From Vibrio vulnificus CMCP6 (GTDB lineage: Bacteria > Pseudomonadota > Gammaproteobacteria > Enterobacterales > Vibrionaceae), in the NCBI RefSeq assembly GCF_000039765.1, contig NC_004459.3, forward strand, positions 1,860,001-1,892,000: 32,000 nt of DNA, written 5' to 3'. The notes below the pieces were generated by a model. It saw nothing but the letters and a program-made list of their open reading frames with translations. It was not told the DNA's origin and searched no databases. The position numbers were made by a program, and so were the translations under genes. Positions 28,029 to 32,000 of this stretch are shown piece by piece (within the stretch, counting starts at the first letter, position 1; the number at the start of each line of letters is the position of its first letter).

Positions 28029-30045
28029 AATTTAATCTCCCGGCTCTGACGGGCTTAGTATCGTGGCCTGTTTTTCCGCACACGCGACATCTTGGTGGTT
28101 TGTCATCACGTTTTGGCGTCGAAACGCTCTTTTTCACCGTTCGATTGGTCCAACCCGTGAATGTCGTTGATAGTGCTTTGGATCTTGCAATCGCGATTTT
28201 TTTCAGTTTTTCGAACAGTGCAAGAAGTTGCTCAAATGCACTCAAAACTGCGTTAAGTCCACTTCGCATGTTTTGTACCGCTTTGTTGTGGCTTACTGCC
28301 TTGGCAAACATATTTGAGTATTTCGCTACTTTTTGAGACGTTGCTGCGGCTTTGACGGCGGCTCCTGCTCCGACCGAGATCAGACCAAGTAGCAATACCA
28401 ACAAAACTTCGAGAGCGATGTAAATGCCAGCTTTTCCTAGACAGTAGGTATAAAAATTAGGTGGGATCTCTTCAAAAATACGCATGATGTAGTCGAGGTA
28501 AAGCAAGACACTGTCATCTTCTTCTAACAACGCAATGAACAAGTGGAAATCTGAACTGTTACGTAACTTTTGAGCTAAGTCTGGATCAATTTCGTCTAGT
28601 GTTGACTCTATAAATCGTTGGATTTCTTTCACTTTTCGTTGTCTGATATGGCCAATTAATGCAAATATCTCCTCTCTGTATTTTACGTAAACACTTAACT
28701 CTTCAGCGGAGTTGACGGCTTTGTTGTAAATATCGAGTGGGCTATGTTCAGCAAAGAAAATTTCTATCGAGTCAGGTACTAGTGGCTCAACAACAACATC
28801 ATAAGCAATGCCAGAATAAAGCTTGGTCATTTCTGTTACACCAATGGCGAAGACATGCGAGTCAGCTTGTAGTGTCTCCAGCCAGTTACTCTCTATCGCC
28901 TTACCGCGCTCATCATATTTTATTGCGCGGATTCCATTGATGATGTTTGTACGAGCCTGAATAAATCGGTGGTCAATTTTATTCTGTATGCTTGATGCAT
29001 ATTCGCCTAATGAATCCCAACCGCGTGACAACCCTTCGGATAAGGTATCGCCAAGTTCTCCCCAAAGCTCTGGTGTAAACAAATCCAGTTGATCAGAGCT
29101 CCATGCAACAGCACCATCGTAAACGCCGTCGGCAAGAGTTAGCCATCCTCGTTCTGCCCATGCTTCATTGAATGGTTTCATGCTGTCTGAGACCGATGTA
29201 AAGATACTATCGAGTTCTTTGTGTAACTCATCAGTTAACTGTTTTATTTCACTAGCAGAACCACTCTTCCCAAGCACATCAACAAGAACCTTGGTTTGTT
29301 CGAGAGGAATATTTTCAATAACGTGGACACCGGGTTCAAATTGTTCAGATTGTTTTGCTTCTTGTACTTCGTAATGGTCAGAGTTGCGTTTTGTGGTTCC
29401 CTTCGTGTGCTTTGTTGAAGCCTCTACTTCGTGAACGAGTTTCTGAGAGCCATCGCTGGACTCAGTGCTAATGACCGAGCTATAAAACGGAATCGCGGTA
29501 TTCCAAAGATCATCATATTCCAACCGGATCTTGACCCAACTGAACTCTTCTTTCTCTGCTTCTGTTGCAAAGCTTTCGCCGTCTGTTCTAGCCGTTATAT
29601 CTTCATGCTGTTGGAATTGATCAGATAGGGAAGATTGCAATAATGGTTGATGGCTTTGTGATGTAGCCAGCGAGCTTGCGCTCTCTGCGGTACTTTCTTT
29701 AGCAGATGTGGAAGAGCTTTTAGGCGCAGGAGAGGGTTGGACGACAATCCCTGCATCTCCGATAAGCACTGTTCCTGCACCGCTAATTATAACCCCGCCA
29801 TGGGATGAACTATCGCCCAGTCTTGCAGCGGGTTTACCGTTAATAAAAACTGACGATGATCCACCAGATATACTATCTGCTGGGCCTACACATACGATTG
29901 AATCGCCTTCACGCGCAGCTGGAAGCCCCTCAATGAACACATTTGGAGAGCCGTTAACGATTGGTCCCCCCACATGGGGCACTTTACCCGTCTTTTTAGG
30001 GCAGACGTGAAAATCGGAGATGCGTGCCGCTGGCTTTTTACTCAA
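28021..30045 (-). CDS. PAAR domain-containing protein with a long uncharacterised C-terminal extension (674 aa, TTG start); putative T6SS spike-tip carrier or effector
   Basis: Residues 5-96 carry three PAAR-type repeats (KPAARISDFHVCP...PHVGGPIV; GLPAAREGDSIVCVGP; GKPAARLGDSSSHGG), as in Rhs-type PAAR domains. An S/T/A/P-rich linker follows (about aa 101-165), then about 370 aa with no motif I recognise. One hydrophobic helix spans about aa 539-567, followed by a basic tail with CRVCGKTGH. TTG is the only possible start, because an in-frame stop lies 3 codons upstream. Confidence 0.85.
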   Translation of the reverse strand: MSKKPAARISDFHVCPKKTGKVPHVGGPIVNGSPNVFIEGLPAAREGDSIVCVGPADSISGGSSSVFINGKPAARLGDSSSHGGVIISGAGTVLIGDAGIVVQPSPAPKSSSTSAKESTAESASSLATSQSHQPLLQSSLSDQFQQHEDITARTDGESFATEAEKEEFSWVKIRLEYDDLWNTAIPFYSSVISTESSDGSQKLVHEVEASTKHTKGTTKRNSDHYEVQEAKQSEQFEPGVHVIENIPLEQTKVLVDVLGKSGSASEIKQLTDELHKELDSIFTSVSDSMKPFNEAWAERGWLTLADGVYDGAVAWSSDQLDLFTPELWGELGDTLSEGLSRGWDSLGEYASSIQNKIDHRFIQARTNIINGIRAIKYDERGKAIESNWLETLQADSHVFAIGVTEMTKLYSGIAYDVVVEPLVPDSIEIFFAEHSPLDIYNKAVNSAEELSVYVKYREEIFALIGHIRQRKVKEIQRFIESTLDEIDPDLAQKLRNSSDFHLFIALLEEDDSVLLYLDYIMRIFEEIPPNFYTYCLGKAGIYIALEVLLVLLLGLISVGAGAAVKAAATSQKVAKYSNMFAKAVSHNKAVQNMRSGLNAVLSAFEQLLALFEKLKKIAIARSKALSTTFTGWTNRTVKKSVSTPKRDDKPPRCRVCGKTGHDTKPVRAGRLNYA

Positions 30046-30079
30046 TGTGTTCTACCTACGTCATGGTTTGAATGGCGAG

Positions 30080-30109
30080 ATTATCAAGACCAAAGCAGTG
30101 AAGTAGCAA
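30080..30109 (-). promoter_or_regulatory. Candidate sigma70 promoter for the PAAR operon
   Basis: On the minus strand: TTGCTA (30109-30104), an 18-nt spacer, then GATAAT (30085-30080), about 35 nt upstream of the TTG start. Sequence match only, and several other weak matches exist in the AT-rich leader. Confidence 0.3.
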
Positions 30110-30267
30110 TGAAATATGGTCGGTTTTTGATTGGAATGCGAACGATAGCAACGATATATGTAACTGATAATTAAGTTTTTATTTCTAATTAAAACACGTA
30201 ACGCAACTTTGGTGTTTTTGCCGCTGAACAAGAGGTTTATTGAAAGGCGGTAAGAGTCTTTATACAT

Positions 30268-30291
30268 AAAAAAACGGGAGCTCGGCTCCCG
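30268..30291 (-). terminator. Rho-independent terminator of fadE
   Basis: The minus strand reads CGGGAGC-CGA-GCTCCCG followed by TTTTTTT (A-run 30268-30274 on the plus strand), 27 nt after the fadE stop. Confidence 0.85.
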
Positions 30292-30317
30292 TTGTACTTG
30301 TGATACTTTTGTGGTGA

Positions 30318-32000
30318 CTAAGCAACGTTATCCATCACATCGGTATGAGACTTTTTTGCCGCCAGATGCTCTGGCTCAAAGTCATCAACATTGATGGTGT
30401 ACAAACGATGTTGCTCCGCTTCTTTAAGCAAATCGGCTTCATCTTGAGAAATAATGCCTTGTGCTAGCCCCTCTTCTGCAATGGCATCCAAACGTAAGAA
30501 TGGGCGGCGTTTACCTTGTGCTTTACACACTTTGTCAAACACAGGTTCTGCTTGCAAAATCACAGACAGTGCTAGCTCAATCTTGCCTGCGGCGTTGTGT
30601 TCTGTTGGTTGCAAATACTGATTGCGACCAATGCGGCTACGTGTCGCGCTTGGGGTTTGTAGTATGCGTGCAACTTGACTATCGATTTTGTCGCTTGGTG
30701 CTTTGCGCACACGGCCAAATGGCATGATCAAGACGCGCAAGGCTTTACCGATAATGGGGTTCGGGAAGTTGGCAAGAAACTCATCAATGGCCACTTCCGT
30801 TTGCTTCAAGCTGTCTTGCAAACCCCAGTGAACCAAAGGCAGGTCTTCTACAGGGCGGCCATCTTGTTCAAAGCGTTTTAAGGTCGCTGAGCTCAAGTAA
30901 AGCTGACTGAGGATATCGCCTAAGCGAGCTGATAGACGCTCACGACGCTTCAATGAGCCACCCAGCACGGCCATTGAAATGTCTGACAATAATGCCATGT
31001 TGGCGCTATAGCGATTGAGCTTCTGGTAGTAACGTTTGGTGGCATCGTGAGTTGGGGCGTTCGAGCCAAAACCATCGGTCAAACCAAACCAAATGCTGCG
31101 CACAAGGTTGCTCATGGTAAAGCTGACGTGGCCAGCCAAGGCTGCATCGAACTGTTCTACCGCATCAGATTTGTCCGAGTAGGCGGCTTCCATCTCTTTT
31201 AGTACATAGGGATGGCAACGAATGGCGCCTTGACCATAGATGATCATTGAACGAGTGAGGATGTTTGCCCCTTCCACCGTGACGGCGATGGGTGAACCTT
31301 GGTAGCCACGAGCAAGGAAGTTGGAGGGGCCAAGGCAAATGCCTTTACCACCGACGATATCCATTGCATCGATGATGCTGCGTTGGCCACGGTGAGTACA
31401 ATGGTATTTTACAATCGCTGAGATGACCGATGGTTTCTCACCAAGGTCGATACCGGCAACGGTAAGGTTGCTTGCCGCGTCCATCACATACGCGTTACCA
31501 CCTAAGCGTGCTAGTGCTTCTTCTACGCCTTCGAGATGGCCGATAGGCTGTTTAAATTGGCGACGAATGCGCGAGTAAGCACCGGTTGCCAATGCAGCGG
31601 ATTTGATACCACCGGTTGAGTTTGAAGGCAGGGTAATACCGCGACCAACAGAGAGACATTCAACCAGCATGCGCCAGCCTTGGCCTGCCATTTTTTGGCC
31701 ACCGATAATGAAATCGATCGGTACGAAAATATCTTGGCCACGCGTTGGGCCGTTCTGGAAGGGGACATTGAGAGGGAAATGACGGTTGCCGATTTCAACC
31801 CCTTTAATGTCTGTTGGGATAAGCGCACAAGTAATACCAAGATCTTCTTGCTCGCCGAGTAAGCCTTCAGGATCGCGAAGTTTGAAAGCAAGGCCCAAAA
31901 CCGTTGCTACAGGGGCAAGGGTAATGTAGCGCTTGTTCCATGTTAGGCGCATGCCCAAGACTTCTTTGCCTTCCCATTCGCCTTTACACACCACACCGTC
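30318..32000 (-). CDS. fadE: Acyl-CoA dehydrogenase FadE, C-terminal ~560 aa (N-terminus lies beyond the right edge)
   Basis: [37 protein letters not shown] matches E. coli FadE. The frame stays open to nt 32000. The long C-terminal extension is typical of FadE. Confidence 0.9.
   Translation of the reverse strand, partial: DGVVCKGEWEGKEVLGMRLTWNKRYITLAPVATVLGLAFKLRDPEGLLGEQEDLGITCALIPTDIKGVEIGNRHFPLNVPFQNGPTRGQDIFVPIDFIIGGQKMAGQGWRMLVECLSVGRGITLPSNSTGGIKSAALATGAYSRIRRQFKQPIGHLEGVEEALARLGGNAYVMDAASNLTVAGIDLGEKPSVISAIVKYHCTHRGQRSIIDAMDIVGGKGICLGPSNFLARGYQGSPIAVTVEGANILTRSMIIYGQGAIRCHPYVLKEMEAAYSDKSDAVEQFDAALAGHVSFTMSNLVRSIWFGLTDGFGSNAPTHDATKRYYQKLNRYSANMALLSDISMAVLGGSLKRRERLSARLGDILSQLYLSSATLKRFEQDGRPVEDLPLVHWGLQDSLKQTEVAIDEFLANFPNPIIGKALRVLIMPFGRVRKAPSDKIDSQVARILQTPSATRSRIGRNQYLQPTEHNAAGKIELALSVILQAEPVFDKVCKAQGKRRPFLRLDAIAEEGLAQGIISQDEADLLKEAEQHRLYTINVDDFEPEHLAAKKSHTDVMDNVA

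Noticed and set aside
28021-28041. Idea that the PAAR gene and the nuclease gene are one frameshifted pseudogene, or are fused by programmed +1 frameshifting
   Set aside because: The nuclease frame has a TAA two codons before its ATG, and a strong GGGAG SD lies at ideal spacing. A +1 shift would have to occur within the last three codons (AAT TAT GCG), which are not slippery. Both ORFs are long and intact. I cannot exclude rare fusion products without proteomics.
28063-28089. CRVCGKTGH near the C-terminus of the PAAR protein as a CCHC zinc knuckle
   Set aside because: The fourth ligand position (CX2CX4HX4C) is Val, not Cys, so the motif is incomplete. I kept it only as a descriptive note.
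29251-29274. LGKSGSAS in the PAAR protein as a possible GxSxG lipase nucleophile motif
   Set aside because: The sequence is G-K-S-G-S, not G-x-S-x-G, and no accompanying Asp/His context is recognisable.
29708-30010. 100-aa plus-strand ORF antisense to the PAAR domain
   Set aside because: It is the Pro/Gly-rich mirror of the Gly-rich PAAR coding sequence, a shadow ORF.
29999-30045. N-terminal AARISDFH read as a prePAAR motif (AARxxDxxxH)
   Set aside because: The spacing is AARxxDxH, it is immediately followed by the complete PAAR fold, and there are no N-terminal TM helices. It is simply the first PAAR repeat of a canonical domain.
30061-30267. 68-aa ORF filling the leader upstream of the PAAR gene on the same strand
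   Set aside because: Its ATG lies directly in the U-tract of the fadE terminator with no SD. The sequence is AT-rich with an odd, Ile/Asn/Lys/Tyr-biased translation, and it is too small for known T6SS adaptors. It is most likely a by-product of AT-rich DNA, but ribosome profiling could revisit this.

Overview
By eye this looks like a Vibrionaceae-type gammaproteobacterial chromosome segment. That call is an inference from gene order and from protein similarity to E. coli orthologues recalled from memory. About 80% of the window (1-25.7 kb) is ordinary, tightly packed housekeeping DNA. It runs dxr (3' end), rseP, bamA, skp, lpxD, fabZ, lpxA, lpxB, rnhB, dnaE, accA, tilS, a small c-type cytochrome and glnB. 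Next comes a block recalling the E. coli yafD/mltD/gloB/yafS/rnhA/dnaQ neighbourhood, then a conserved exported protein of unknown function and a KefF/G-KefB/C potassium-efflux pair. The right edge is the 3' two-thirds of fadE. The stretch worth attention is a ~4.6 kb, AT-richer segment with no integrase or tRNA (25.7-30.3 kb, genes on the minus strand). It sits between the terminator-like hairpins of kefB and fadE. It encodes a translationally coupled four-gene operon. The first gene is a 674-aa protein with an N-terminal PAAR domain but no recognisable toxin domain. The second is a free-standing 285-aa protein with a THH...N..LP...H.....H.G.H HNH/EndoVII (AHH-clade) nuclease motif set. The last two are tandem, ~92% identical, strongly acidic 225/226-aa putative immunity genes. 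They form an exact 674-bp tandem repeat bounded by a 13-nt junction motif, and the copies differ mainly in short patches. I read this as an orphan type VI secretion PAAR-carrier, cargo-nuclease and twin-immunity module of unusual split architecture. All family assignments come from motif reading, not database searches, and need HMM and structure-prediction confirmation. I saw no rRNA, tRNA, CRISPR array, IS element or integrase.
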